Positions 15,614 to 25,745 of a DNA stretch of 30,239 nucleotides are shown one piece after another (position 1 is the first letter of the stretch; each line of letters opens with the position of its first letter). The translations under genes and the position numbers were made by a program. The notes under the pieces are model-generated. The model was given only the letters and a program-made list of their open reading frames with translations. It ran no database searches and was not told the DNA's origin. Origin of the DNA: a virus (Duplodnaviria; Caudoviricetes); IMG/VR virus record IMGVR_UViG_3300032295_000988, positions 1 through 30,239 of that record; one strand, written 5' to 3'.

Positions 15614-17221
15614 TTAGGCTGCACCCACAAAAGTCTGGCCATTAAACACCCATTGAACATCCATGGCTGCGTTGGCTGCTGTGTGGTTGATCATGGTCAG
15701 ATCATATTGATAAGTGTTTGCAGTGTTGAGTGTGCCAGTAAAATTGATGAGAATTCTGTCTTTGCCTTCAGCACCACCAGCAATAAAAGTTGCATCGCTG
15801 TTGACCACAGTGTTGGCTGTGATATCAAACAAATCTATCTGGGCTGCCAATTGATCATTGCTGTCACCTGTGCCTGCATAATCCATTGGATTGATCTGAA
15901 AATTAAACACATAGGGAGCACCATACACTGGTTGAAAAGTTGGACTGCTGGCCACATATTCAGCAGTGTTGTATGCTGTGGCCTGACAGGTGACTTCTAC
16001 AACGCCAAAACCGGGACTCACAATCAATGGCACCCCAGCCAGGCTCACGCCATAGTCTGCTGCATAGGTGGTGTTGTAACTGTTGAACACAGCATTGGCC
16101 ATGTTGGAACCACCATTCAAGAATGTGTCCACACTGTTGAGATTGCTGGTAATAGGTTGCAACAGCGTGATCGGAGTGTTGTTGGCATACAGCAATTGAG
16201 TGCTGTTGCCCACAGCCTCTGTGACCTGCTTGGGAGTAAAATTCACACCCACACTGGAACTGAATGGTCCACGTGCGCTGTTGTTGAATGCACGAGTTTT
16301 GAAATAGGCATTGCCGGCAGTGCTTTTCAAAAACTTGGTTTCTACACTGGTGCCGGTTGAATACACACCGCCGCCACTGGGTCTTTCTATTTGGATCAGC
16401 ACAAAATTGGTGTTGTCAGGACTTTGCCAGAACTCCATGCCTTCCACAACACCTGAGGGTGATGTGCTGACCACACTGATGGCTGGTTGCACATTGATAC
16501 TGCTGCTGGTCAGCACAGGTGCACCAGGTGTGCCAATCAAGCCAATGGCGGTGATACCTGTGGTTTCATTCACAATCAATTCATCAACATCAATGTCGTA
16601 GATGCCAGGATCATACTGCAATGCAGTTATTTCTAAATCAATGCCACCTTGTTCATTGTCTGTTTCGCTGAGTGTGACAACTCTGAACAGTGCATTGACA
16701 AATCCCAATGGTTCATTTGTGACATCGATAATGTCGCCAGCCAAGATACCAAACTCACTGAAATCAGTGTTGAATCTGATCACACGATCAACTCTGGTCT
16801 GCAACAGTTCCAACAGGCCCAGTTCTTGTGCCTGTTCAGCATTGTTCACAATGTCATAACTGATTTCTAGAGTGTTGTTGGGATCATTGTCATTGGTGTA
16901 TGCCACTGGCAAGGTGATCAGCACATCATCCAATTGATCACGCAAATCAGTAAAAGGATATTGAACTCTGCAGGTGGTGTATAGATCACTCAAGCCTGTG
17001 GTGCTGACGCTGATGGGTCCCACAATGTTTGAATCATCAAAACTTCTTGAACTGCCTTCAGCCCGGTTGATGATCACTGCCCATTTGCCTTGTGTCTGGT
17101 CAAATGTGACCCAAGCACCGGCTGCCGACGCAATGGCTTCAATGTTTTGCCACACAGTTTTGTTGGTGCTGACCACACCGTCTATGCTGTATCTTGTGAA
17201 CTCTGAATATGATGTAGCCAT
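15614..17221 (-). CDS. Tail tip / central tail hub protein, C-terminal part (lambda gpJ-like) with an FN3-like domain
   Basis: RYSIDGVV, GKWAVII, GDIIDVT...FRVVTL...ITALQYDPGIY, FKTRAFN...GPFS. Confidence 0.8.
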   Translation of the reverse strand: MATSYSEFTRYSIDGVVSTNKTVWQNIEAIASAAGAWVTFDQTQGKWAVIINRAEGSSRSFDDSNIVGPISVSTTGLSDLYTTCRVQYPFTDLRDQLDDVLITLPVAYTNDNDPNNTLEISYDIVNNAEQAQELGLLELLQTRVDRVIRFNTDFSEFGILAGDIIDVTNEPLGFVNALFRVVTLSETDNEQGGIDLEITALQYDPGIYDIDVDELIVNETTGITAIGLIGTPGAPVLTSSSINVQPAISVVSTSPSGVVEGMEFWQSPDNTNFVLIQIERPSGGGVYSTGTSVETKFLKSTAGNAYFKTRAFNNSARGPFSSSVGVNFTPKQVTEAVGNSTQLLYANNTPITLLQPITSNLNSVDTFLNGGSNMANAVFNSYNTTYAADYGVSLAGVPLIVSPGFGVVEVTCQATAYNTAEYVASSPTFQPVYGAPYVFNFQINPMDYAGTGDSNDQLAAQIDLFDITANTVVNSDATFIAGGAEGKDRILINFTGTLNTANTYQYDLTMINHTAANAAMDVQWVFNGQTFVGAA

Positions 17222-17231
17222 GGTAATCGCC

Positions 17232-19697
17232 TTATGTGATGGTTAGTGTGATATTGCTGGTGCCAATCAATACTCTTTGCGCCAGGGCATTGCCTGTGTT
17301 GGCTGTGATTGTTTCTTGAATGTTGGGATGCGGTGTGACTCTATACACTTGAAATTGAATATTGCCAGTCACAGGATAGGTGCCATTCTTGGATGAAAAA
17401 CTCAACCGAGTGGGAGTCGGCGTGCCACCAGCATTGAGAACTGTAGCCACAATATCTGCCGCAGTGCTGCCAAAATTCTGATCATTGGTGCCGGCAACAC
17501 CACCCCCACGCGGAGCACTGAAGACAGTATACACCAGGGGATATGAGTTTGCGCCGTCATCGGGGTTGTTGTATGGATCACCATTACGCCAATAGAATGG
17601 TCCAAGATTGGTGCTGCGACGAGGATACCACAGGCCTTGTTCATTTGTAGGAGTAACGTTTGAATAAGTGGCAGCAACGTTGGGTTGGGTATTGGGCACC
17701 CCTGAGCCACGCACATTTACCCTTAATTGATTGTCTGTAGGAATAACCGCCACTTGATATGTGGGTGCCACTGTGCTGCTGTTGGTTGGTGTTGTGTAGG
17801 TGCCATCATTGATGTCAAATCCACTGCCCAACACTGCATCATTGATCAGCGTGCCTGCGCCCACTCTGGCACGTGTGAGAGAACTAGAAGTTGACACAAT
17901 TGGTGATGGCACACTGGCTGTTTGTAAGATGCGTGTGGGATTGATGCTGCCAGTTGAATTGGCCATGCTGCCTGTGCTGAGATTGGCTATGTTGCCTAAG
18001 TCGCCATTCACAATCTTTTCTACCTGCACCGAGAATTCAATGTTGCCAGTCTGACCTGCTGCTGGCCAGAAATCCATGACTTCACTGTAGGTGTTGATGT
18101 CACTTGCACTGTAGAAACCTATGTTGGCAGGAAATTGGGCAGGATTACCAGTAGATGGACTCTGAAAATATCCCAGGCTGTTGGCAGTGGTTGTGCCTGG
18201 AGTCAATTGAAAACCGCTGCTGGAAATATTGCCACGCACTGTGGCAGTGGTGTTGCCCAGCCTGGTGGGTGATGTTTGTGTGACTGTGAGCCTATAACTG
18301 GCATTGCCCACATTGCTGATGTTGGCAATCACATTTGACGGAAACATCTTGAATGGGTTTTGATAGTTTCTGGTGCTGGTTCTTGTGACGTTGATTTCTT
18401 CAGCACGATAAACCATTGTGGTAGTGATCTGACCTGTGCCCACAGCAGCATTGCCTGCAATGTTCACATTGCCTTGTATGGGATCATTGCGATACAGATT
18501 GAAGTAGTGTTGCATGGTGCCAGGATTAAAGGTGGTGTTGCCGCCTGAAGTCACTGTGGTGTTGGGCTCTGCTACCAAGAGTGCAATGTTGGCAGCATTT
18601 AGAGTGGCCTTGCTCACAGGACCATACACCAAGTTGGCTCGTCCAGTGCCTGATGGCACACCGTTGATATACCAGATGCTGTTGTCAAAATTGCTCACAG
18701 TGCTGTCGGCTCTGGCAAACTGCACAGTGTAATTGGCATTGGCCACGTTGTCTGTGATCTGCAGACCAATGGGGTTGGCAATCTGCGTTATGTATTCTAG
18801 GGTAGGAAACTGCACACCTGACGCAGTGGTGGTTATCAGATTCCAGGTGAACTCTGATGCTGTGTTGCCCACATTGAAGTTTTGGCTCACAGCAGTTTGC
18901 AAGTTGCTGATGGGGTTGGTGAGATTGTAACTCATCACAAAGTTGTTGGCCCAGTCATGGGTGATGTCCAGGTAAACATTGGCCAGGTGCGCATTGACCT
19001 CAGTCTTGGTGCCATTCAATGTCAACACCTTGGTAGAACTGTTGAATGTGCTGGTGCCGCCAGTGCTGGTCACTGAATTCATTCTAAACACAGCATTGGT
19101 GATGTTGGGAGTTAGTGTGCAGGTGTAAGGCAAGTCGCCTGAGTAGGCATCCGTGATCTGTGCGCTGGGATTGATGGCAAAGGTTGTGGTGTCTTCATTG
19201 AATGTGACATTGCCTGGTTGGCTGAGTTCACCTTGACTGGTCACTGTGACATTGGTGGTGTAACTAATGGTGTTGTTGCTGGCAGGACTGGCTGTGTTGG
19301 CATACACAATGCTGCTGACAAAACTCCAGTTGTTGGCATAATCTTTGGCCAGCAAGGTTGGTGCTTTGAACTGTGACCAACTGATGGGTCCAATTTGTCC
19401 TGTGATCTGTTTGAGTGCACCGGTGTCAGTGTAGGTGATCCAGGGTGGGAATGTTTCACTCGCCCAACTGCAGATCACATTGGTCAAAGGATGTGTGTTG
19501 ATGCCGTAGGTCACATTGGCAGGATTGGCTGCCATGGCTGTGAGATTCACAGGAGTGGGAACAGTGATCAAGGCATCTTCCACTGCTGAAATGCTTTGAG
19601 TGCTGGCAGTGCCGGTCCAGGTTATACTATAACTCTGCGAACTGTTGGCCGGCACTCCGTTTTGACTGTATGAGTTTAATTGTTCAAATGTGTTCAT
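17232..19697 (-). CDS. Large beta-sandwich repeat virion protein (adhesin/cadherin-like), 821 aa
   Basis: T/N/S-rich. VTFNED and LTLNGTKTEVNAHLANV motifs recall adhesin Ig-like modules. Sits between the two tail-hub parts. Confidence 0.65.
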   Translation of the reverse strand: MNTFEQLNSYSQNGVPANSSQSYSITWTGTASTQSISAVEDALITVPTPVNLTAMAANPANVTYGINTHPLTNVICSWASETFPPWITYTDTGALKQITGQIGPISWSQFKAPTLLAKDYANNWSFVSSIVYANTASPASNNTISYTTNVTVTSQGELSQPGNVTFNEDTTTFAINPSAQITDAYSGDLPYTCTLTPNITNAVFRMNSVTSTGGTSTFNSSTKVLTLNGTKTEVNAHLANVYLDITHDWANNFVMSYNLTNPISNLQTAVSQNFNVGNTASEFTWNLITTTASGVQFPTLEYITQIANPIGLQITDNVANANYTVQFARADSTVSNFDNSIWYINGVPSGTGRANLVYGPVSKATLNAANIALLVAEPNTTVTSGGNTTFNPGTMQHYFNLYRNDPIQGNVNIAGNAAVGTGQITTTMVYRAEEINVTRTSTRNYQNPFKMFPSNVIANISNVGNASYRLTVTQTSPTRLGNTTATVRGNISSSGFQLTPGTTTANSLGYFQSPSTGNPAQFPANIGFYSASDINTYSEVMDFWPAAGQTGNIEFSVQVEKIVNGDLGNIANLSTGSMANSTGSINPTRILQTASVPSPIVSTSSSLTRARVGAGTLINDAVLGSGFDINDGTYTTPTNSSTVAPTYQVAVIPTDNQLRVNVRGSGVPNTQPNVAATYSNVTPTNEQGLWYPRRSTNLGPFYWRNGDPYNNPDDGANSYPLVYTVFSAPRGGGVAGTNDQNFGSTAADIVATVLNAGGTPTPTRLSFSSKNGTYPVTGNIQFQVYRVTPHPNIQETITANTGNALAQRVLIGTSNITLTIT

Positions 19698-20494
19698 GAT
19701 GCGTAGATGTCTCCTGGTGCAATGCCGGCACCGTATCTGGTATTGGTCATATAATCAAATAACACATCACCAGGCAAATGCATGCTGTTGTTGATTTTGA
19801 ATTTCACTTGCGGCAAGCCGGTGACATTTTTGTCACTGCTGTATGTGACCTGCACCACAGCAAACACCAGGCCACTCATGCTGTTGGTCACACCCCAGCC
19901 AGGCACTATGTCATAGGCATTGGCCAGAGCAGCACCACTGAATCCTGTGGGATATACTGGTCCTGTGCTGCCATTGTTATAGCATCTGACTTGAACTAGA
20001 TTGGCAATGGTGGTATCTGTGTTGCCATCTCTGTCTGTGGTGCTGAGGGCAGTGATACCATTGGTATCAAAATTGATCTTCTGATCATTCCAATACACAG
20101 CATCAAAAGCACAACTGCTTTGAGCACTGTCACTGAGTTTGACGCCAGTGCGCTCGCTTATGGTCAGCACATAGGTCATGACCTGATTGTTGGCACTGAT
20201 CCGGGCGTCAGTCAATTGACCACCCACAAATGCCACACCATACACAATGGGAATACTGTTGTCAGTGCTGGCATTCACACTCACACGAACGCCCCTGTCG
20301 ATGGCCACCGGCCTGTCAGGCCTTGCACTGGCAGTGGTGTCAGGTTTGGCATTGTCTTTGGCAATGCTTTTGCTCACACGGCTCAGTGCATATCCAGTGA
20401 GTGCTGTTCTGGCCACAGAGGCAGCAGGACTGCTGCCTGTGATAAAATTCAGTGCAGTTTTGCCAAAGTCTACTAGATCATCAAAAAAACTCAT
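19694..20494 (-). CDS. Tail tip / hub protein, N-terminal part (gpI/gpJ-like)
   Basis: IPIVYGVAFVGG, GLPQVKF and PGDVLFDYMTNTRYGAGI motifs. Confidence 0.8.
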   Translation of the reverse strand: MSFFDDLVDFGKTALNFITGSSPAASVARTALTGYALSRVSKSIAKDNAKPDTTASARPDRPVAIDRGVRVSVNASTDNSIPIVYGVAFVGGQLTDARISANNQVMTYVLTISERTGVKLSDSAQSSCAFDAVYWNDQKINFDTNGITALSTTDRDGNTDTTIANLVQVRCYNNGSTGPVYPTGFSGAALANAYDIVPGWGVTNSMSGLVFAVVQVTYSSDKNVTGLPQVKFKINNSMHLPGDVLFDYMTNTRYGAGIAPGDIYAS

Positions 20495-20506
20495 ACAGGA
20501 TCCTTG

Positions 20507-21109
20507 TTATCTTGGGGGCAACCCAGAACTTGGGGCACCAAATTGAAAGTTGGCATTGGCCAACTTGACCACACGGTCCATGCTGATGTCTGTGGGAAAG
20601 AATCGTTTCTGATCCTGGCTATTGGTTCGTCGTCCGGCAATTTTGTTTTCTAATATTGTGAGATAACTGCTGCAATTGATTACCACAGTGCTGCTGGCTG
20701 TTCTAGCACCATTGTCAAATTGTTCTTCAATAGCATAGTTGTTGACCTTGCCATAGAACCTGCCTGCTGGATTGCCTGTAATACTTAACAACTGCTTGGT
20801 CTCTGCGTCAAAAAATGCACGTAACACCTGCACTGGTGATCCTCGCATGTTGAGACTGAGAATCAGCGCCAGCACTGAATTTGGTATGCCGCTGATGCTG
20901 AGTTGCAATTCTGTTCCAGTGGCTCTGAGATCACTTTGTGTGCTGCTGACATCCAGCAACTGACCCAGGCCTGTGTAGGTGTCACCATCTATTGTGACTG
21001 CACGATTGTATCCACTGAACAACAAGGGTCCAGCACTGTAGTCTGGCACGTCTATCTTACAGAACAATGCTGTCTCAATTGATTGATACGCAGTTAAATC
21101 AATGCTCAT
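20507..21109 (-). CDS. Minor tail protein (gpL / DUF2163-like)
   Basis: YTGLGQLL, LSISGI and GRRTNSQDQKRFFPTD motifs; position after the distal tail gene. Confidence 0.75.
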   Translation of the reverse strand: MSIDLTAYQSIETALFCKIDVPDYSAGPLLFSGYNRAVTIDGDTYTGLGQLLDVSSTQSDLRATGTELQLSISGIPNSVLALILSLNMRGSPVQVLRAFFDAETKQLLSITGNPAGRFYGKVNNYAIEEQFDNGARTASSTVVINCSSYLTILENKIAGRRTNSQDQKRFFPTDISMDRVVKLANANFQFGAPSSGLPPR

Positions 21110-21732
21110 AATAGGTTCTCATAGAAAACAAAACTGCCAGACCAACTCACTTGATCTCTTGAGAATATGGTCCACGTGGGCAATTCAGTGCAGATCACAT
21201 TCCAGGTCACATTCTCTGCCACCTGCAGAGTGCCTGATCCAGTGGCATCCAGGATGGCTCTGTTGAGTGTCACAGTGTTTGAATTGAATGCCACATCTGC
21301 TACCACACTGTAAACGTGACCAGTGGTGCCCAGTTGTATCACATCACCTGTTCTAAACTTGTATCCACTGGCAGTGGTTGGACTGGCGGTCAATGTGATT
21401 GTGGTGGCATTTTGTGTCCAGGATGCAGAGAATCCTGTGTAGTTCACACTGTTGCCCAGGTAAGGAATCAACCAGGCAGTGTAACCAGGATTGTTCATTT
21501 GCACATTGCCGTCGGTATAACGGTCAGCATAGTCTATGCTTTCTATGTAGGGTCTGGCTTCAGTCCAGGGTATTCCATCCGGCAGTTTCACAGTGAAACG
21601 CCACACTTGCCCACCGCGACTCACCGTGCGCACAGTGTTGTCTCTTGACAATGTTTGTGCTGTGGTGGCTGTTTTGACCATGCTGATACTTTCGGCATTG
21701 TCAAACACATATTGAAAAGCAGTTGTTGTCAT
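21106..21732 (-). CDS. Distal tail protein
   Basis: Directly follows the tape measure gene; RGGQVWRFTV motif; ends in FYENL. Confidence 0.7.
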   Translation of the reverse strand: MTTTAFQYVFDNAESISMVKTATTAQTLSRDNTVRTVSRGGQVWRFTVKLPDGIPWTEARPYIESIDYADRYTDGNVQMNNPGYTAWLIPYLGNSVNYTGFSASWTQNATTITLTASPTTASGYKFRTGDVIQLGTTGHVYSVVADVAFNSNTVTLNRAILDATGSGTLQVAENVTWNVICTELPTWTIFSRDQVSWSGSFVFYENLL

Positions 21733-21737
21733 TGTTG

Positions 21738-24700
21738 TTACCTTCTACTGTTGGGTAAATTTCGTCTGCCTGCTTCGCTGAGACTGAAAATTAAACTGGG
21801 ATCACGTGCCAACAAACTGGCAAAACTACTGGCATCCACAGCGTTGATGTTGTATGTGACATTGGTGCCCATGGGTGTTACACTAGCAGGGCCACCAATC
21901 AATTCAGGTCCGGCTTCACCTGCAATACCAAATCGGCCTTGTGGTATCATGCCACCGTTGGCAAAGAATCCAGAGAACAGACTCTTGATACCGCCACCAA
22001 TGGTTTCCAAGATGCCGCCACCGCCCATGCTGCTGCTGCCAGGACCACTTGAGAATATGCTGCCCACTGCTTTGGCCACGCCACTCACAGCACCACCAAT
22101 GCCACTTGCAATTGATCCAATGGTTTTGCCAATGGTGTTGATTATGCCACCGCCACTGCTGCCGCTGTCGCTGCTTTTGCTGGGACTGAATATGCTGCCA
22201 ATGGTCTTGCCAATGGTGCCTAATATATTGCCACCACCGCCACCACCACTGCTGCTGTTGCTGCCTCCCATGCCAAACAAACCCTTGATGGTGTCAAACA
22301 AACCACCATTGGCTGAGGCAATGGCAGATCCCAATCCTGTGCCGCCATCAGCCAAGACCACATACATGGGATTGCTGGCGCTGCTGCCAATGCTGGCTGT
22401 GCCACCAAACAAGTTGCCCAGACCCAGGGCTTTGCCCAGGCCTGCTATGGTTTCTCTGATCTGACTGCGCAGGAGTTCTTCCAACATGTTGCTCACAAAC
22501 AGTTTGAAGTTGAATTCACCAGTTTTCACAAAGTCCACAATGGCATCTTCTAGACCATCTGTGAATGTTCTAAACAATCTTCCGGCTGTGGCAGCAGCAT
22601 CACCAGCCGCATCAGCATAATCTTGAAAGGCACGTTGCCAACCAGCAGCAAATGTTCTGCTGCTTTCGTATTGTTTCTTTTGTTGAGCAGCCAGGCGTTT
22701 GCTGCCTTCTTCGGCTACTTTGTAATATTTCTTGACTTCATCAATGTCCAAGGGCTCACCACGACGAGCCTCTTCAGCACGTATGGCTTCTTTGGCACTG
22801 TCTCTGGCCGCGGCTGCAATGTCATAGTATTTTTGTTCTATCTCACTCATGGTGCTCTTGGCCATGGTGTCTTGCAAGCGTATGAGTTCTTCGTTGAGTC
22901 TGACTTCTTCGCGTTTCTGGAACTGCACAAATTCAAACTTGCGTTGTTCCTGGATCAGTTCACGTGTGCTGGCTTTGACTTTGTCAATGCCTTCTCTAGC
23001 GGCTGCATAATAACCTTGTATTTCTTCAGCATTGAGCGTGGCTCCACGACGTTGTTCTTCGGCAGCAATTTCTGCTTCAGCACTGGCCCGGGCTGCTGCT
23101 TCAATGTCCAGATAGGCTCGAGCCACTTCAGGCAGGAACACACTGGCTGTTTGTTGTGTGAGACTGTTGAGTTCACGTTGTAGGTCTGTGGCTCTTGTGA
23201 TTGTGAACAGTCTTGCTTGTTCCACAGCCTGTGCTTTGACGTTCAAGGCCACACTGTTTTCAAGACTGGTCTTCTGCACATTGAACAAGATTCTGGCAGC
23301 ATCAATTTGTTTGTTGATAGCGGCTTCAGCACCACTGGCTCGTTCTTCTTTGGTGAGATTGCGTTTCTGTTCTCTAAGTTGAGCAATCACACGCTGATAG
23401 TCTTCATTGGCGGCTGTGAGTGCATCTGTGAGTTGTCGTTGTTGAGCACTGGCACCAATTAATTTTGTGTCAGTGTCAAGATTGGCAACTTTGGCTTTGT
23501 TCTGGCGTCTAAACTCTTCTGTGGTGTTGCGTATGGTGGCCAGCAACTTGTCATAAGAGGTGGTATCTACAGTTCTGATGTCTCGACCGGTTTCAATTTT
23601 CTTGCCTGCTTCGGCAACTTTTTTCTGTGCCAGGGCCAGGCGTTCACTTTCTAATCTTGCTTCACGTGCTTTGTCTACCACTATCTGAAAAGGTGTGCCC
23701 AGACCCACTCCAGCAATGGTCAGCAGGCCACCCAGATTAAGAATGTCAGCAATGAGTTCGCCAATGCTTTCTGTGACTCGTGCAAACACATTAACAGCCA
23801 CATCACCAAATCCATCAAAGATTGTCATGGCAGCAAACACACCAGATGTCAGCACACCAATCAGCACAGCCGCAGCACGTAGGATTCTCAAGAAAGGTGA
23901 GTTGGCAGCAAAGATACCTGCGGCACCTGCTAGGCTTGAGGCCTTGCCAAGATTGGCTGTGGCTGTGGCAGCACCTGTGGCTGCTGTGCCAACGGCTTTG
24001 AACACAGGTGCCAGCGTTCGACCCACCTTCATCAGGGCATCAAATCCTCGGCCTAACACACCTATGCTTTTGACCACCAGCAACAGGCCAGCGCCCACAG
24101 TGCCGCCTACTAGAATTGCTCCCAGTGCTTGCAATGCAACCACAAGGCCTCGGGTGCCGTTTTCGCTGGCAGTGGTGGCATCCAAGAATTTGGTCAGGGC
24201 TTCAATAGCAGGTCCAAATGCCTTGAGCACTGCTATCTGTAGATTGCCAAGACTTCTATCCAGTTTGTCTTGCAGTTGCGCAGCCTGCTCAATGTTGCTG
24301 GCATAGGCAGCACCTGAGCCAGCAGCCTCTCTAAGACTTTTGGCCAGGCCCTGTGCTGATGTGTCTACTGTGCGGAAACTTTTGCCAAACAAACTCATGC
24401 CCAGTGCAGCACGTTCACTGTCACTGGTGATGGTTCCTAGACCTTGAATCACTCGGTCCAGTAAGTCTTGTTCGCTGAGATTTCGCAAATCGTCCAGGCT
24501 CACACCCAGGCGTGCAAATTCATTTTGTGTTTTCTGACTGCCTTGTGCGGCTTCGTCAATGGTCAAGGCAAACTTGCTGACTGCTTTGCTGGCATCTTCA
24601 AAGCGACCGCCATTGGCCACCACAGCACCACGCAGTTCTTCTATCTTGGCCACACTCACGCCAGTGGCGCGACTTAGGTCTACCAAACTGTCAGCAAGAT

Positions 24701-24854
24701 TGATGGCCTGTGCTGCCAGAGCCCCAAGTCCAGCACCTGCCACCACTGTTTGCAAACCTCCAAATTTCTTGCTGAGTCCAGCAAGACCTGTTTCAAGTTT
24801 GGTCAGACTTTGTAGGCCATTGACCCGGACATTTACTGTTGCATCGTAAGCCAT
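21738..24854 (-). CDS. Tail tape measure protein
   Basis: 1038 aa, Ala-rich and helical, with hydrophobic central segments, a Gly-rich C-terminus and the FANGG...AGEAGPELI motif. Confidence 0.93.
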   Translation of the reverse strand: MAYDATVNVRVNGLQSLTKLETGLAGLSKKFGGLQTVVAGAGLGALAAQAINLADSLVDLSRATGVSVAKIEELRGAVVANGGRFEDASKAVSKFALTIDEAAQGSQKTQNEFARLGVSLDDLRNLSEQDLLDRVIQGLGTITSDSERAALGMSLFGKSFRTVDTSAQGLAKSLREAAGSGAAYASNIEQAAQLQDKLDRSLGNLQIAVLKAFGPAIEALTKFLDATTASENGTRGLVVALQALGAILVGGTVGAGLLLVVKSIGVLGRGFDALMKVGRTLAPVFKAVGTAATGAATATANLGKASSLAGAAGIFAANSPFLRILRAAAVLIGVLTSGVFAAMTIFDGFGDVAVNVFARVTESIGELIADILNLGGLLTIAGVGLGTPFQIVVDKAREARLESERLALAQKKVAEAGKKIETGRDIRTVDTTSYDKLLATIRNTTEEFRRQNKAKVANLDTDTKLIGASAQQRQLTDALTAANEDYQRVIAQLREQKRNLTKEERASGAEAAINKQIDAARILFNVQKTSLENSVALNVKAQAVEQARLFTITRATDLQRELNSLTQQTASVFLPEVARAYLDIEAAARASAEAEIAAEEQRRGATLNAEEIQGYYAAAREGIDKVKASTRELIQEQRKFEFVQFQKREEVRLNEELIRLQDTMAKSTMSEIEQKYYDIAAAARDSAKEAIRAEEARRGEPLDIDEVKKYYKVAEEGSKRLAAQQKKQYESSRTFAAGWQRAFQDYADAAGDAAATAGRLFRTFTDGLEDAIVDFVKTGEFNFKLFVSNMLEELLRSQIRETIAGLGKALGLGNLFGGTASIGSSASNPMYVVLADGGTGLGSAIASANGGLFDTIKGLFGMGGSNSSSGGGGGGNILGTIGKTIGSIFSPSKSSDSGSSGGGIINTIGKTIGSIASGIGGAVSGVAKAVGSIFSSGPGSSSMGGGGILETIGGGIKSLFSGFFANGGMIPQGRFGIAGEAGPELIGGPASVTPMGTNVTYNINAVDASSFASLLARDPSLIFSLSEAGRRNLPNSRR

Positions 24855-25150
24855 TATAGACCTTTCATGATTTGCGCAATTCTGCGACGTGCCCAGCGTT
24901 CAAATGGACGCAGGATACCTTGACCACGAGTTTGTGGACTCCAATTGTCTTCCAGGCGTTGTGCGTAGGGATAATTGGCTTCAATCCGGTCACCTGACAG
25001 CACTGTGCGCCTACGAGCATTGCCCGAACGTTTGGGTGTGAGCAAGCGAAACATTTCTAATGCTTGATCAGGATATGCGTCAAAACTTTTCTTGAATTTC
25101 TTAAGATCCTGAGAGGTTGTGTTGGTCACACGAATTGTGGTAGATATCAT
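24854..25150 (-). CDS. HK97 gp10-like tail completion / neck protein
   Basis: TPKRSGNARR...YPYAQRLE-x-x-WSPQ motif. Confidence 0.7.
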   Translation of the reverse strand: MISTTIRVTNTTSQDLKKFKKSFDAYPDQALEMFRLLTPKRSGNARRRTVLSGDRIEANYPYAQRLEDNWSPQTRGQGILRPFERWARRRIAQIMKGL

Positions 25151-25455
25151 TTTCTGGCTCCATTTGGTCGTCGTCTCGCAGAGGTGGGCGGATTGGCTCG
25201 CACCTGATCAATGCGTTGTTGCATTTGTTCCTGTGTGAGGTCTTCACGTCGCTCTGCTTGGATTTTCTTACGCTGATTGGGATCTTGTTCACGAGCCCAG
25301 GCACTGCCAATTTCCATACATCTCAAGTCCAGGGTGGTGCCTTGTGCCAGCACTTGACTGGGCATGAGATGATATCGTTGTGCAAGGTGATCCAGGGTCA
25401 GTAACATCATGGTGTCAGCGCGGAGCCATTGAGGGCGGCCGCCTATTACTTTCCC
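25147..25455 (-). CDS. Tail assembly chaperone, frameshift extension (gpT-like)
   Basis: The -1 frame is open from the slippery site: GGG AAA GTA ATA GGC...ACC ATG ATG TTA, joining ORF 25147..25410. Confidence 0.8.
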   Translation of the reverse strand, partial: GKVIGGRPQWLRADTMMLLTLDHLAQRYHLMPSQVLAQGTTLDLRCMEIGSAWAREQDPNQRKKIQAERREDLTQEQMQQRIDQVRANPPTSARRRPNGARK

Positions 25456-25742
25456 AAAAAATCTGTGATCCTGCCAATGGCCTTGACCAGGATGCCAGCA
25501 GGCACCATGGCAGTGTCAGTTATTACAGGTTGACCTTGTTCATCCAGGATCAAGGTTCTCACAAGGTCCAGCATCTGTCCGCTGTCTTGTTGTTGTGCCA
25601 CTGCCATACGCATGAACACATCCAGTGGTTGACGATCCCAGGTATAGAACTCCAGGGGTTCACCATATTCTTTGATGGTGTCTTCGTCGTCTAATGTTAG
25701 TTGCACCAGTTGTGGTGCTGCTGCTAGTGTTGATAATTTCAT
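25446..25742 (-). CDS. Tail assembly chaperone (gpG-like)
   Basis: Between major tail and tape measure genes; ends TTG GGA AAG TAA. Confidence 0.82.
   Translation of the reverse strand: MKLSTLAAAPQLVQLTLDDEDTIKEYGEPLEFYTWDRQPLDVFMRMAVAQQQDSGQMLDLVRTLILDEQGQPVITDTAMVPAGILVKAIGRITDFLGK
25449..25455 (-). promoter_or_regulatory. Programmed -1 ribosomal frameshift site GGGAAAG
   Basis: Same heptamer and phase (G GGA AAG) as lambda G-T, with an open -1 frame. Confidence 0.88.
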
Positions 25743-25745
25743 CTT

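Noticed and set aside
15653-16360. 235-aa plus-strand ORF
   Set aside because: Antisense shadow of the tail hub gene.
21655-24306. Long plus-strand ORFs (269, 186 and 203 aa)
   Set aside because: Pro/Leu/Met-rich mirrors of the Gly/Ala-rich tape measure codons.
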